A DNA stretch of 63,737 bases, filler included, from Hausera hauseri (Eukaryota), in the NCBI GenBank assembly GCA_046269625.1. It is 12 parts of 12 records of this genome, joined end to end, with 100 filler letters (N's around TTAATTAATTAA, not from the genome) between each part and the next. Parts side by side here need not be neighbours in the genome. Positions count along the whole stretch, not along the records: positions 18,800 to 22,964 come from JBJURY010726435.1; positions 23,065 to 29,619 come from JBJURY010087653.1; positions 29,720 to 33,676 come from JBJURY010858745.1; positions 33,777 to 38,677 come from JBJURY010397923.1; 8 more parts are not named here. One strand, written 5' to 3'. The notes beneath the pieces were generated by a model, which had not been told where the DNA came from, made no database searches, and saw only the letters and a list, made by a program, of their open reading frames with translations. The stretch's first letter is position 1. The number at the start of each line of letters is the position of its first letter. Positions 22,766-36,769 of the stretch are shown piece by piece. The translations under genes were made by a program, and so were the position numbers.

Positions 22766-23714
22766 GTGCTTGATTGTAAATTGTTATGATGGTTGAAACA
22801 TTAACATCATACAATAATTGTAAACCAGATAACACGTACAAAAAAATGTGCTTACTGTTACCAGAAGCAGGTGTTTTGCGTTAGAGTACTAATTACAGTA
22901 CAATTTTGTTAATCAATATCAAAAATATCTTTTGTAAGTTTGTGTATTTGATTGTTTATGCTTANNNNNNNNNNNNNNNNNNNNNNNNNNNNNNNNNNNN
23001 NNNNNNNNTTAATTAATTAANNNNNNNNNNNNNNNNNNNNNNNNNNNNNNNNNNNNNNNNNNNNTGCATATTTATTGAAACTCCGATATAGAATGATGCC
23101 TTTTAAGTTCGACACGATTTTTGAAGTTTCTCCCATATTGGGCTCTCTTGGGTAACGACGATTGTGTGATATTCTAAAAAACATGCAAGTGTGAAAATAA
23201 ATTTTATTCTGGATAATAACCACACTGTGTTGCACAGTAAATCGAAACTTTTTAGTCGCACGTAAGAGCCACGGTTAATGAGAATTCAAATATTTAAAAA
23301 TGTAGTTGAAAATAGAATACAACTCAAAAGTTGTCGAAATTTTTATTGATAAACTTTTGATGTGAAAGAAAATGAATATGTGCGACGTTATACAAATTTA
23401 ATTTTCATTATTGTGAATATTTTTGCAAAACCCCATGTAAGTTTAGCCATCAACAATGTAGTTGACTACCTGTACAAGATCCAATAAATTGATAGCCTAT
23501 TGAACATAATTTTGAAATATGTTAAAGTTATGAAATATGCAAGAAAATCGACATGAGAGTATAACATATAAGATGCTGAGCAATTTAATCACTGAAAAGT
23601 ACTATATACTTTTGGGAAAATCAAATACACAAAGTTTCCTATCAACCTTTTCAAATCACGTTTTTACTTATCAAACTCGTTTTTTATTTTATTGATCTCT
23701 ATTGCTATTCAGTC

Positions 23715-26700
23715 ATGTTGAAGGGTGTTAAAGAATTGAATAAAATTTCCAAAGGTTATCGGCTATTAAAGACTGTCGAGGTTCCTGAATTCAAAATGAC
23801 GGCGTTGGAATTGGTTCACGACAAAAACCAATGCCAAACATATTCATTTTCGTTGTAGCGATCGTTATAAAACATTTAGAATTCAATTCAAAACACCGGC
23901 ACCAAATAGTTCAGGGGTTCCGTATATTTTGGAACATACGGTTTTGTGTGAATTTCATAAATATCACGTTAGAGATCCGCTTTTTAAAATGTTGACGAGG
24001 ACTCAGGCTGCGTTTATGAATGCGATGACCGCTAGTGACTGGACTATGTATCCTTTTAGTTCCCTGAATGAAAAAGATTTCCGCAATTTATTATCCGTCT
24101 ATGTGGACGCTGTATTCAAACCGGAACTTGATGAAACATATTTTATGCAAGAAGGCTGGCGATTAGAGCCAAACGATATGTCCAATCCGAAAGGAGAATT
24201 TATTCTTAAGTGTGTTGTTTATAATGAAATTAAAGGTGTTTTTTCTAATAGTAACAATATTTTGACACAAAAGTGTGAAAATTCAATTCTGCCAACAACG
24301 TATTCTGATGTTAGTGGAGGTGAATCATTGGCTATTCCCAATTTGACACATGAACAACTGAGAAATTTCCTTGCACAATTGTATCATTTATCGAATAGCT
24401 GTCTTTACACATATGGTCAGATGGACGTCGAATCAGTTTTATCGTGGATTGATGAAGAATATTTGCGACATTTCGACAGAAAAGATACTAATACACATAT
24501 TCCATTGGAACCGCGATGGAACTCCCCGAAGTCAGTTAACATGGATTGTCAACCGAACCAAATGGCATCCGATCCTGATCGCCAATCAACTGTTGTTGTC
24601 AGTTTTATGATAGATGATTCCACGAATCCATACCTCAATTTCGTTATGAAAATGATTAGTAGCTTACTGATATCGGGAGACAATGCTCCTCTCTATCAGG
24701 CTTTGATTGAATCTGGTATTGCGCAAGACTGGGACGGTCAGCTCTATGAATTCGACGGTTCACCGAAGACAACAATGTTTCATATAGGTGTTGAGGGTGT
24801 ACATCAGAATAGTTTAGACGATGTTGAAAGACAGTACATAAAGTGTTAGAAGTTGCCAATAAAGGATTAACAACGAACATAATCGAATCATTCCTCCATC
24901 AAGTTGAACTAAGTTTGAGGCATGACGGTGCTAATTTCGGTTTAAAATTGATAATGAGCCTAAGCTCTGGGGTCAATCATAGTAAAGATTTGGGAGATTT
25001 ACTCAAAAGTCTTGAATACGTGAAGAAGATCAAAAAAGATTTAGCGTCAGATAAGGAATATTTGCAAAACTTCGTGAAAAAATATCTTTTGGTATTCATT
25101 TTAATTTGCATATTTTTATTTGAGTTAACCACTTAATGGATATTTAAATTGAAAGGAAATCGGAATTGTTATATAAAATGCCAATTAATTGTTTATTTAT
25201 TTATTTTATCATTTAGGAAGTATTTAGCAGACTCTTGCACAGCCTGTTTGACATATGTACGCCTACGCATTAATCAGCCAATCGGAATCGACATGTGAGT
25301 GTGTTGTAGCTAATCAGAATGGTTGTGTAGAGTATATGATTCTTGATCGATTCTGGTTTGTTTATTGATACGTAGGCGTATTTCCCAGTCGTTTTTTATC
25401 TGGTGTCTTCTATTTTATATTATTTACAATAAACTGTTTACATATTGGCACCCTATAAGATAGAACCTCCATTAATGGGTATGTTGATTGTTATATGTAC
25501 ATATATCCTGTGGTAATTTCACTCTGTAAGACAGTACACTTCAAATGGAGAAACTCTACGTAATAGACATGTATTTAATTCCCTTTAGCCCACAGCATAC
25601 TTTAACATAGTAATTTGGCACCAATGGTAATGTCACCCAGTCAAGAAAGTTCATTGGGCGACAATCAAGTTTAATTTATTTATGTGTATGCTTTGTTTTT
25701 CAAACTGATTTTAAAACTGTTTTGTTAACGGATTCGTGATTTCTCATGAAGAAAGAGAGGCGATATGCAATACCAGATAAAAGGATGAACGAAAATCACT
25801 TCTTCACTAAGAAATACTTTGCAAAAAGTAGTACATTGTGAATTTTGACTCCACTGCTGTTATGCGGCCCTTGCCTTGTAATTTGTAGACTCAAATGTAG
25901 AGTAACCAATTTTCTTTTAATGTCGCCCAGTGGCATGGGGGTTAAACCCATCCCCATGAAATCTGACTTCAAATTTTTATTAATATTTTTGAAAACTGGG
26001 GCTTCAATATATTAGAAATTCGCAAACACTTAAAAAATGTCATATGGGGTAGCACATACGCAAGAAGTGCTGTGCAGAACCATAAATGTAAGAAGCTTGT
26101 ATTGATATATAATGTTTTGCCCAGTCAAAATTCCTTATTGTGTGCTCTTCTTTAGCCTACACAATTTTCCGTACAATGTCACAGAATATTACAACATGAT
26201 GTGTGTTCACATTGTAATTTTATTGGCTCTTTGGCTTTTCAAGAAACTCTAGTAACTGTCGAAGAATAAAAGTCTGGAAAATGTCAAAGTCAGGTTTCGA
26301 AACAAAATATCATTACTCATCAGACGGTCAACCACGGAAGCAAGCATCAAAATGATTCACGAAAGAAACGTAATAGAACACTTCTGTTTCGGAAAATAGA
26401 CGAAGATCTTGTTTTGTTGGGATTTACTCCGCAGTGAAGTAAAGTAACATCGTTAAGTGGTCTTTTAGATGGTGAAAGTCCGGAAATTTTCAGATGAATT
26501 TAAAATGGTGTTTATTTTTAATATGAAGGTATGTATAAAGTNNNNNNNNNNAAAACCTGTCATTAGCATTGAAAAACAGGCTCAGATGATAATTCTACAG
26601 CAGTAGGGATACAATTTAAGAGAGATAAGCGAAAGAATTGGGCGTAGTTACACTTCTGATCATTATAACTTGAAGAAATTTGAACGTGACTGCACTGTGT

Positions 26701-27465
26701 CAACACTTCCTCGATCTGGAAGACCAAAGAAGACATCCATACGTGATGACAATGCAATCCGAAGATTAAGTTCATCCGATCCATTTCACTCTTCATTTGA
26801 GATTAAAGATGAATGACCTATTTAACAGTAAGTGCTCGTACAATTAGGCATAGATTACATGAAAATTTTAAATTAAAATCTCGAAAGGCTGCCAGAAATT
26901 CCCTCCTTTCTGAAAAAAAACATCCGAGACCGTGTCACATTTTGTAACAAATATCGTCACTGGAGTCCGGAAGACAACATCCTAAGAGGCTCTTGAGGCA
27001 TGTGTTTTGAAAATTCGATTAAGTGTGCTCAAAAGTGTAAATATGTTGGAATGCTCTAAAACTCCGTCACAGACTGACATTTGGCTTATATATGTCTGTA
27101 GTTATATTTATCTTGAACGTACCTTTAATGTTCAGAATAATAATCACCGACTCACCATTAAAATGTCGCCCAAAGAAACTTACAATACTAAAAAAGTTTC
27201 TTAAGAAGCTGCAATGATAAAAGAAATGAACGAGCGATTAACGGATTGCAACAAGGAAGAGATAGCCAATAAATGTAAGAATTTGCTAGAGGGACAACAA
27301 AAGGTACAAAATGTTGAATATTTACCTTGTTTGCAAGTTTCCGACATACCTAAAGAATCGAAAAAATATCCTTTTAAATTACTTAATGAGAAAAATATCC
27401 AAATAAATGAATACAACACTAACGGAATTCTTTATTTAAATATGTTTTTCACGCTGAAAGGCATT
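23715..27465 (+). pseudogene. PITRM1: Presequence protease PITRM1/PreP (M16C) pseudogene in two blocks (23715-25091 and about 27195-27465)
   Basis: GVPYILEHTVLC (HxxEH changed to YxxEH), RDPLFKML, FMNAMTASDWTMYPFS, QEGWRLE, VVYNEIKG; later LPCLQVSDIP and TNGILY. Frameshifts present; C-terminal third absent. Confidence 0.88.
26560..26975 (+). pseudogene. Tc1-like transposase N-terminal (HTH) fragment
   Basis: RSGRPKKTSIRDDNAIRR...VSARTIRHRLHE...KAARNSLLS...RVTFCNKYRHWSPED, with stops. Confidence 0.8.
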
Positions 27466-27469
27466 GATC

Positions 27470-28675
27470 TGGTGTACGTTGTCGTGCAAAAGTGGCGATT
27501 ATTAAGTTCTACCTGAACTATATTATCCAAGGGGATATCAGTATTAATAATAGTTTGGTACTGCAAAATACGAATATGCTCAAGTTATACGCTGATCTGA
27601 GTTCATGTATGAGACCCCTAGGCAATCTAATCATGTACATTTCAAAGTGTTGCGATATCGGCGATACATCACAGGTCACGTTGCTGTCTTACGCATACGT
27701 TTTGATGCTGGTCCATTTCTTACAAAATCTCGGCACTTACACAGTTCTCCAAGAATTATTTGATAGAAAAGACCGTCCGTCAAATCAGGTCAACGGACGG
27801 GATGCTTGGTACCAATCGGACGTGAATTTGATTTATGAATTCTGGAAATCCAATCCGATCAATTTGCCCACACTTGGTTATCTGTGGCTGGATTTCTTTC
27901 ACTACTACACCGTTGGGTTCTCGTTTAATAAGCAGGACATCACTATACGACAAACGAAACCTCTGTACAAAATAGACAAAGGCTGGCAGTCGGTATACAT
28001 GGCCATTGCGGATCCCTTTGATTTGTCACATAACCTAGGTGGTAGTCTCAATTTGGACAGGTGTCGATATATTCTCCATTGTTTCGCTCACATTTTGAAG
28101 TTACATAGTAATTTTGATAATTTGCAACGACCTGATAACGCACACTATCTGTTGCTGGAATCAACCACATTACGTCCATCCGTCAACATAAATTCCAATC
28201 GTACATGTTATCAATGTAACAAACCCGGCTATGTTGCGCGGGACTGTATAGACAAACGCACACCGATAAACGCCAGACAACTGTCACAGTGTCTCCCATC
28301 GTTATCTTGGCCACTGCATTACAAACCATCCGTCATACCTAACACCGTCTATCTTCAACATGAACCGAATGTCGATCCGTCATCGAAAGTCAATGACGGA
28401 TATTTTAACATGAAGTCGTTCAAAGCCAACGTCAACGACTTGTTTATCATGCCCATTTATATGGCATTCGGTGACCAGAGGGTCATTATTCCCATGTGCA
28501 TTACTAAGGGCGACAAAATTGCCGCGAAACTCCATCACTTGTTCAAGAACGGTCCGACGGATTATCTTTACGGATTTCCCAAGGACCAAATGGCCGTGAA
28601 TTTCATTCAGGCGTGCGAGTCGCCAAAGGTAATACCGAATAATAATCGACGGCAGAAACAGAATTCGACACCGGT
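27470..28675 (+). pseudogene. TUT4/TUT7 (Cid1-family) terminal uridylyltransferase C-terminal fragment
   Basis: AKVAIIKF...GDISINN...NTNMLKLY, CDIGD...SYAYVLMLVHFLQ, LGYLWLDFFHYY, IADPFDLSHNLG and a zinc knuckle CYQCNKPGYVARDC. The GS/DxD part is missing. Confidence 0.85.
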
Positions 28676-29200
28676 CACCAATATTTACGCCGGGGTAAAG
28701 AGAATTGAGGCTGGCCAAAGTTTGGGTATTGTAGTTTCTATTTCATGCTTCAATTTTGTTGCATTTTTTACCGGTCCATCTTGGCAGAATAACCTTTTCT
28801 CTTTAATTTTTATAATTCCGTACGTTTTTTGTTGCCTCGGATTTTTAAAATACAATCGCTATCCAGCGAAGGCGTTTGTTGGTGATACATTTTGCAATTA
28901 TTCCGATACCACTTTTACCTTCGTTGCGATTTTAGACCATTTCAGCAAAACACTTCTTTTCTTTATTCCTCAGATCATAAATTTAGTCTATTCTATTCAA
29001 CAGTTGTTTCACTTTATTCTTTGCCCACGACATCGTTTTTCGAGATATTTTGCTACTGTTGACAAAATTACTCATTCTACATAGAAATTTAAATTAGCTT
29101 CATTGGGCAAAATTGGTAAACTATACTTTTGCGTTCTGAGGTATTTGACTCTTGTAGGAATGCGTGAATTCGATGATGGCCACGTAGAAATTAATGAAAT
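28676..29200 (+). pseudogene. DPAGT1: DPAGT1/ALG7 (GlcNAc-1-P transferase) C-terminal fragment fused in frame to the TUT fragment
   Basis: NIYAGVKRIEAGQS, KYNRYPAKAFVGDTFC, HFSKTLLFFIPQIIN and CPRHR. Stop at 29082-29084, with homology continuing to about 29200. Confidence 0.87.
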
Positions 29201-29719
29201 AGACCAGTCAGTTTGCGGAACTGTTAATTGTGTATCACCCGTACCTTGTCTTGTCAAACCTACAAAACTCGACAACGAACCATATATGAAATTCGATGAA
29301 TCTGTAATGAGAAGAGGTAGAAGTAAGGCACGTTATCATTGTTGGCAGCGTGCGCATCCACGCCGTTCACATCACCGCCCAGCCGGGGTAGGGTTGGAAA
29401 ACACCCGCCACCTGGTATTTCTGTTGAATCAGAATAGGATCGTTTGAGATTACTCATTGAAAAGTAAACACCAGTAGAAATTTTTATTTTAATCCAAATT
29501 ATTTATTTTGGAACAAATTTTCCAAATTTAAATCAGATTTTTAATATTACATTAAAAATTTAATTAATTAATTTTAATTAAATTTTTTAACCAATTCCAA
29601 ATTGGAATCTTAATTTAAANNNNNNNNNNNNNNNNNNNNNNNNNNNNNNNNNNNNNNNNNNNNTTAATTAATTAANNNNNNNNNNNNNNNNNNNNNNNNN
29701 NNNNNNNNNNNNNNNNNNN

Positions 29720-29992
29720 TATTTTGTACACGATCCAATATTTCTCTTCGTTGGATAGCGTTATTCTGTTTACTGACTCGGTGAAATCGATCCATTTCTG
29801 AAAGTCTTTAATAAATTTTTCCAGGTTTCTCTGTTCTAGCTGGGGTAGGTCAGCGATGTTAGAGTTGAGATATGGGACAAAACACGGAGTCTGTGAAACA
29901 CCATTTATTTCAACGTCATGCTGTACATTAAAACCGAGTTCTCCTTTGTCGAGTTGGTGATTTGACCGTTTGATGATTTCTTCGGATTGCAT
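29720..29992 (-). CDS. Truncated ORF, possibly a retrotransposon gag N-terminus
   Basis: Starts with ATG after an AT-rich leader; LEKFIKDFQKW...LSNEEKY is weakly gag-like. Runs off the contig. Confidence 0.25.
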
Positions 29993-30239
29993 TGTTTGTC
30001 AAAAGTCTAAATAAAAAAATCTAACGCTTTTATTTGAAAAAAAAAAACAAATTTTTAATTCATATAATTTTATTTTGATTTTTTTGTTGGCGTTTATTTA
30101 ACGGAAACGCCCTTTTTATAAAATTTAAAATATGCTTTACGAAAGTTAATAATTAATATACAATTTAAATTTTATCAATCGAGTTTCCCCTTTACAATAT
30201 CGGGGTAAGAAAATGTGATAGAAGTTATTTACGATTTTT

Positions 30240-33200
30240 ATGGAAAAGGGTAATAAGGAACAAAAATTCGAATTTCAACACCCGATTTTTGGACGTAATG
30301 CTTAGCCGTTATTAGTACAACTGACTTGTAGGGTAAATTGAAGAGAAATATCAAGATCTGATACCTACTGCAATTAAGGTTGTCCTGAAATCCACATACA
30401 TAGATGACAGTTTAGCGACGGTTGAAAATGAAGAAGCAGCAATCAGACTATATAATGATCTAAAATGGTTATGGAGTCAAGCGAGGTGACTTTACAAGAA
30501 ATTATATCAGATAAAGAAAATGCTAACAGTTACAGATTGACCAAGGAAAATCATGGAATATCCACCAAAACGCTCGGTACGTATTGGTTACCAGATGAGG
30601 ACGTTTTCAGTTTTGACGACAGGACGTATGTCAGAGATAACCTGACCAAGAGGAAATTGCTGGATTTAGTAGCGAAAATATTCAACCAGTTAAGACTCAT
30701 CGAATGTTATACAGTGATGGGTAAAATGTTTATCCAGGCGGCCTGGATACTTGGAACAGATTTGGACGATCCACTGCCTAAAATACTAAATGACAAGGAG
30801 AATAAATTGATAAAGGAGCAAGGTGTTCTGTATAAGATAAAAATGGATCGAATAATGACGTGTCAAGAGTTGATGTCAAGGTTACATGTATTTTGTGATG
30901 CATCTAAAGATGCATATGGAGCAGTAACGTATACTTGTGAAGACAATAATGGAGTAACAAAGCTTATAATATTCAAAGGGAATGTAACTCCGATAAAGGT
31001 AATATCAATTCCAAGATTGGAGCTTGTGAGTTTCCCTGTTTCCTCCACGGGATGTATTGCTGCTGCACGGAACATCATCGAGATCAGTTGAACAAATCAA
31101 TGGCACGGGAATTCGCAATGATGGATCTCCGCATGGATCAGACTGGTCGTTTGGTGAAGAATTAACTGTCAAATTACCAAGATTTGTAGTGGATTTTGGA
31201 TCGAATGTTGTCGATTAATTGTTCGAATTACCAATTCCCATTATTAAAGCATTCGATCGAATACCATTCAAAATTCCAGCTCGTAAACTAACACAATTGT
31301 AATTCGTTAAGTGATTAGAATAAGTCAACATAATTCCACAGCAAAAAGAAAATTCTTTATATATAAAATAGGTTTGTTACCAGCATGAAACGTTCATAAC
31401 TTTTTATTTCATTTCAAATTTTTTTACACCTCTTGTGAATACCAATATTTAAACACCTGCCTTAATAAAAATTTTATATACAAATCACCGATTGGGTGAA
31501 TGTGGGCACCACAGAGCTTAGGGCAGGTGTAGTCGGAATAAAATTGGAGAAAAGGTAATCGCTGCTATAGGAAAAAAATTATCAATGTGTTGTTTTAGTC
31601 AGACAGTATGGACGTTTTATATAATATTAGATAACATGGTAAGTGCTACAAGCCATTCATCGCTAACCGGGTTAGTTTCATACAAGAGGAGAGCAAATGT
31701 AGCCAATAAGAATACGTTAACACCTGACAGAATCCGGCGGATGTCTTAAGCAGAGGTATTTCAATTCCGAAACTGGGAAAGTGTCAACTTTGGTCGGAGA
31801 GGTCGGTGTTTTTAAGGCCATCGAACGAATATTGGCTTAAACAGCCTCCGATTTTGGATAAACCTTTTGATAAAGAAGGAAAGAAAATGGCATTTGTATC
31901 GCTTGTTAGGGAGGAAATCGGTTTAGATGTATCTCAGAATGATGAAATTACTAAATTTGGTTCAGTGGATAAGGCTAAAGTTAAGACGTTGATGGACATT
32001 GGAATAATGAATAATAGTAATGAAGCCTATAACGGTAATGTTTGCTGGAAGAAGGCTGAAACGTGTTTGATCAAGGATGATCAAGAAAAAGAGTTCGTGG
32101 ATGAAATAGAACAATTAAAAGCTGAAAGGAGTAAAATAAAAGTCAAATCGTCAAGGAAGACTGCTTTATTGATAAAGAGGGATTAGTACGAAGTAACAAC
32201 AAGCTAATAACCAGCTCTGCATTGTTATGGGAGTTTAAATGTCCAATAATTTTGTCTTGCAAAAGCCCATTGATCAAAGCTATAGTGGAATACTATCACA
32301 TAAAATGACGGCATGCAGGAAGAACCAGCCATCAAATCGTTGAAATAGGAAAGCGATTCTGGTTCCGAAAATTGGTCAAAAGTCGTCAAAATTACTGCAG
32401 AATATGCAGACAGACGGTCGTACGTGGATAAGTAACGAAAAAGGCTCCGATTCCGGAATTTAGATTAAAAGAACCACTTAAGACGTTTGACAGAGTCGGG
32501 ATGGACAAACTTCGTGGGGGTATGGAAGGAGACATGCGATATAAAGATCGATTATTATAAAGTCAAGGAGACACTAGAAGCTGAGGAGATCCGTTGGTTG
32601 TTTAACCCTCCTGGAACACCACACTTTGGAGGGGTCTATGAGATCTTGGTAAAATATGTGAAATCAATCTCGTGCATAATCTTGACGGATGCAGACGTGA
32701 GAGATGAAAACTTAGAAACAATCGTTATTGAAATTGAAAATATCATCAATAGCCGCTCGCTCATGAGACCTTCCACGGATGTCAAGGATGACGTCGTTTT
32801 AACACCGAATCATTTTATCACCGCAGGGACAGGTGGAGGTATAAAAACGGAATTGATCGGGTCTACTAAGAGTAGCTTAAAAACGAGATGGCGGTACTTT
32901 CAAAGACTGTCAGATGATTACTGGAACAGATTTGACATTGAATTACTGGTCTCGTGGAGAATGCAGGAGAAATGGAACAATGGAACAGACCCTCTTGGCG
33001 AAGGTGATTTGGTTGGGATCCTAGAAAGAGACAAAAGAAGAAAAAGATGGCCGATCGCAACTATAAATAAAGTTTTTAAAGGGGCCGATGAACAGGTACG
33101 GGTGATCGAAATTAAAATGGGAATGAAAAATTGTAAGACTGATCGGGAAAGTTTGTCGTATGGAAATCAAAGATTGAGGATTGACAGATATAAAAAAGGA

Positions 33201-33402
33201 ACATTAATTAATAAATAATGTACTTATCAAGTATATAATAAGTTAATATGAATTATATATCGTCCGGCCGGTCCTACCGCGTAAGTAAATGATTAATTGA
33301 CTCGGTTGAGTCATGTATATAAGGGCAAATTAATAATTAATGACTAATTAATAACAACTTAATAATACAAACTTAATAATAACAACTTAATAAATAACAA
33401 CA
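30240..33402 (+). mobile_element. BEL/Pao LTR retrotransposon relic (RT C-terminus, RNase H, integrase, probable 3' LTR 33154-33402) with an unrelated insert at about 31031-31540
   Basis: STYIDDSL, TKTLGTYW, LHVFCDASKDAYGAV, SIPRLEL, FIANRV, NPADVLSRG, WLFNPPGTPHFGGVYE, LTPNHFI and RWPIATI...VRV. Confidence 0.9.
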
Positions 33403-33776
33403 AAAGGTCCATCTCGCAGTGTACCTTGACTGTTTAACCTATTGCCCCGGAACCAGGACTTTCAATAAAAATAGCGATATTACTCGCATACTTTCAGAGT
33501 ATTAAGGCTTATAATTGAGGCAGAATTTCTTTCAGTCTCAGATGTTCCATTCGTATCCGAAATTAGGTGGAGAAATCACTATCGGATGGTCGATGTTTCG
33601 CATTTTCGTGGTGTAACATTGAGGAGTTCACCTCTTGTGACCTCTGAATAATGATCTTTGCGCAGTCATTGCAAGANNNNNNNNNNNNNNNNNNNNNNNN
33701 NNNNNNNNNNNNNNNNNNNNTTAATTAATTAANNNNNNNNNNNNNNNNNNNNNNNNNNNNNNNNNNNNNNNNNNNN

Positions 33777-36672
33777 TACCGCTTCCTGAATGGATAGTTA
33801 AGAAAAAGGCATGTGTCAATGTCCATAATAATGACAACATGTGTTTCATGTATGCCATTTTATCAAAACTAGTCCAGAATCAACATAATGCTTCCGGAGT
33901 TTGGATATATGACAAAATGCAGCACACATATGACTTCAGCTGTATTTTATTCCAACCGAGCCTAGATGAAGTCGTGAAATTTGAAAGCGTGAACAACATC
34001 TCAATCAACATCTTTGAATTGGAGGAGGACAAATTTTATCCATTACATTTATGCAAGGAGGAATTGGAGGATCATAGGGATCTGCTCCTGCTAGATGATG
34101 GAGAAACGAGGCATTTCATCTGAATCAAGAACTTTGAAAGCCTTGTAGGATCCAAAATATCCAAGCATAAGTCAAGGCTGGAAATCTGCAAACGATTCAT
34201 GTCCTATTTCAGTGTCACGTTAGCTGTGGAGAAGCTGAAAGAGCATAAGATGTGCTGCAACAACAATTATTATATCAGGCCAGATTTCCTCAAGGAGGAC
34301 TACATTGAATTCAAGGAGTTCAAGAAGAAGATCAAGGTCCCAATAGTAATCCATTGCGACTTTCAGGCTATTCTGCCTCCAGTTTAGAGTTGCACTCCTA
34401 ATCCCCAACACAGCAGCACAGCGGCATACAAATGTCATGAGCCCTCATCATATTGCATGTATGCCAAAAGATTGGACAGTGAATCATATTTATTCGGGGG
34501 TCCAGGCGCAGCAGCTCATTTCATGAAACGACTTGAAGACATGGCTGATAGGATTGGAGATATGCAGAAGCACAATAAGGATACAATAAGCATGTCGAAG
34601 CAGCAAGAAGAAGAATGGCGCAAGCCAACAGCATGTGACTTGTGCTCCAAATCATTCACTAAGGAGAATTATAAAGTCAGGAATCATTGCCATTTTACAG
34701 AAAAATATCGGGGCGCGCATGAAACAACTGCAATCTACGCTGCAAAACATGTACACATGTGCCTGTAGTGTTCCTTAATCTCAATGGCTTTGATTCCTAT
34801 TTCATTGTTCGAGATCTGGGCAGCATTGAAGGAAATATTGAGGTGATCCCCAACAGTGAGGAGAAGTACGTCACATTTACAAAGCATGTTGGGAAAATTA
34901 GGCTTCTCTTCATAGACAGTTTCCGTTTCATGTCATCTTCACTTGACAGTTTAGTGAGTAACCTCCTGCAGAAGAAATCAAGGAGACGAAGCGGTTCTTT
35001 CCCACTACATTTGACCTCGTCAACAGGAAAGGCGTGTTTTCCTATGACTATATAACATAATGGGCAACACTGGATGAGACCTCATTGCCGGCCAAGAAGG
35101 ACTTTTACAATATCCTCTTTGATTGCGATATCAGTGATGCTGACTAACAGCATGCTCAGGATGTCTGCATGCATTCCAATGCAGAACATTAGGAGAATAC
35201 AGCGACATATACCTGAAGACGGAAGTGCTGCTTCTGACGGATGTCTTTGAGACTTTCAGGGATGTTACGATAAAGAGCCATGCATTGGATCTGGCTCATT
35301 CCTTTACGGCTCCAGGGATGAGTTGGGCAGCAATGCTGCGATATCCAGGTGTCCGGCTCCAGTTCATAATGGATTACGATATGATCCTCATGATCGAGAG
35401 AGGAATTAAAGGTGGAATATGCCGGGCCATTCACCGGTATAGTGAGGCCAACAACAAGTATATGATCCAGTACGATCCAGCAAAGGAGTCCTCATATGTA
35501 TCATACCCATATTCCAACAACCGGTATGGTTGGGTATTGAGCCCCATTGCCATATGATAAATTCAAGTGGGTCGAGAATCCCTAAAACATTCCTATACTG
35601 GACCTGGATCCTACTGGGGATACGGGCTATATACTGGAGGTGGATATGGAATATCCGGCTTCTATCCACAGAAAGCACCAACAGCTGCCTTTCCTCCCTG
35701 GAAGCAATCCTCTGCCCCATGGAAATTATAGAAAGCTGCTCTGCCATCTGAATAATAGTCAGAGATATGTAGTCCACTATATAAATCTCAGGCAGGCGGT
35801 CAGGAATGGTTTCAGAATTACTAACATCCATCGAGCCCTGCAGTTCAATCAGTCCAACTGGCTGCGGCCATACATAGACCTCAATACGAAGCTGTAGACC
35901 AATGCCATGAATGACTTTGAGAAGGACCAATTTAAGTTTTACAACAACAGCGTTTTTGGCAAGACCATGGAGAACATCCGCAACAGGATCAACATCGAAC
36001 TGCTCTCTAAGTCGAAGCAGGCAAAGAAGCTTATTGTCAAGCCCAATTTCCACAGCAGCATCACATATGCGGAAAACGTGGTGAGCATCCATATGCTAAA
36101 AACATCCTTGTAATTCAACAAGTCCACGTATGTGGTTGTGGCAATAATGGACCTCTCAAAGCCCTTGATGTACAAATTCCACTATGAAATCAGTTACCAC
36201 ATTCGAGTCCATGAAGCTGATGTATATGGATACTTATAGTTCCATCTATCAGATCCATACATATGATATTTATGAGAACCTTGCTAAGTTGGCAGAGCGT
36301 ATGGATCCCAAATCTTCAATAGCCAACAAATAGGTCCTTGGGAAATTCAAAGACGAGGTGAATGGGGCAATCATCCTGAGATTTGTAGCATTTAGGTCCA
36401 GAATGTATGCCACTGATATATGTGGCCAAGTAAAGAAGCGGACTAAGGCGGTTCAAAGGGCGACCTTAGCCAAGAAGATTGGCTTCAATGACTATGTAAG
36501 AGTTCTGCATGAGCAGACTCACATCATATCAGAGATAAGAAGGATCAAATCTAGGGCTCATAACATTCAAACAGTAACATTACAGAAGAAAAGCCTAGAT
36601 CGGATAGATGACAAGAGGCAGGTCCTGGGTGATGGAATCCGCACACTGCCTCACGGACATGTAGCATTTTAA
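33777..36672 (+). pseudogene. Second, distinct Polinton/adintovirus-type pPolB, disrupted
   Basis: CFMYAIL, ISINIF, HCDFQA, EndoVII RNHCHFTEKYRGAH, FIDSFRFMSSSLDSL, KGVFPYDY, LLTDVFETFR, GIKGG, NNRYGW, KFYNNSVFGKTMEN, YMDT, LGKFKDE and TLPHGH. Confidence 0.92.
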
Positions 36673-36769
36673 ATATGTACATATTGTTATTCTTTGTTTA
36701 ATAAATCTTGCATAAAAATACCGTGTTGTCTTCTTGATGAAGTAATGTGGGATATATGATAAAAGCAGT

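Noticed and set aside
25217-25455. Possible LTR followed by a TGGCACCC PBS in the PITRM1 gap
   Set aside because: No clear TG start, TSD or partner LTR.
35406-36092. 228-aa minus-strand ORF and similar antisense ORFs over pPolB and Gypsy pol
   Set aside because: Shadows of recognisable genes on the opposite strand.
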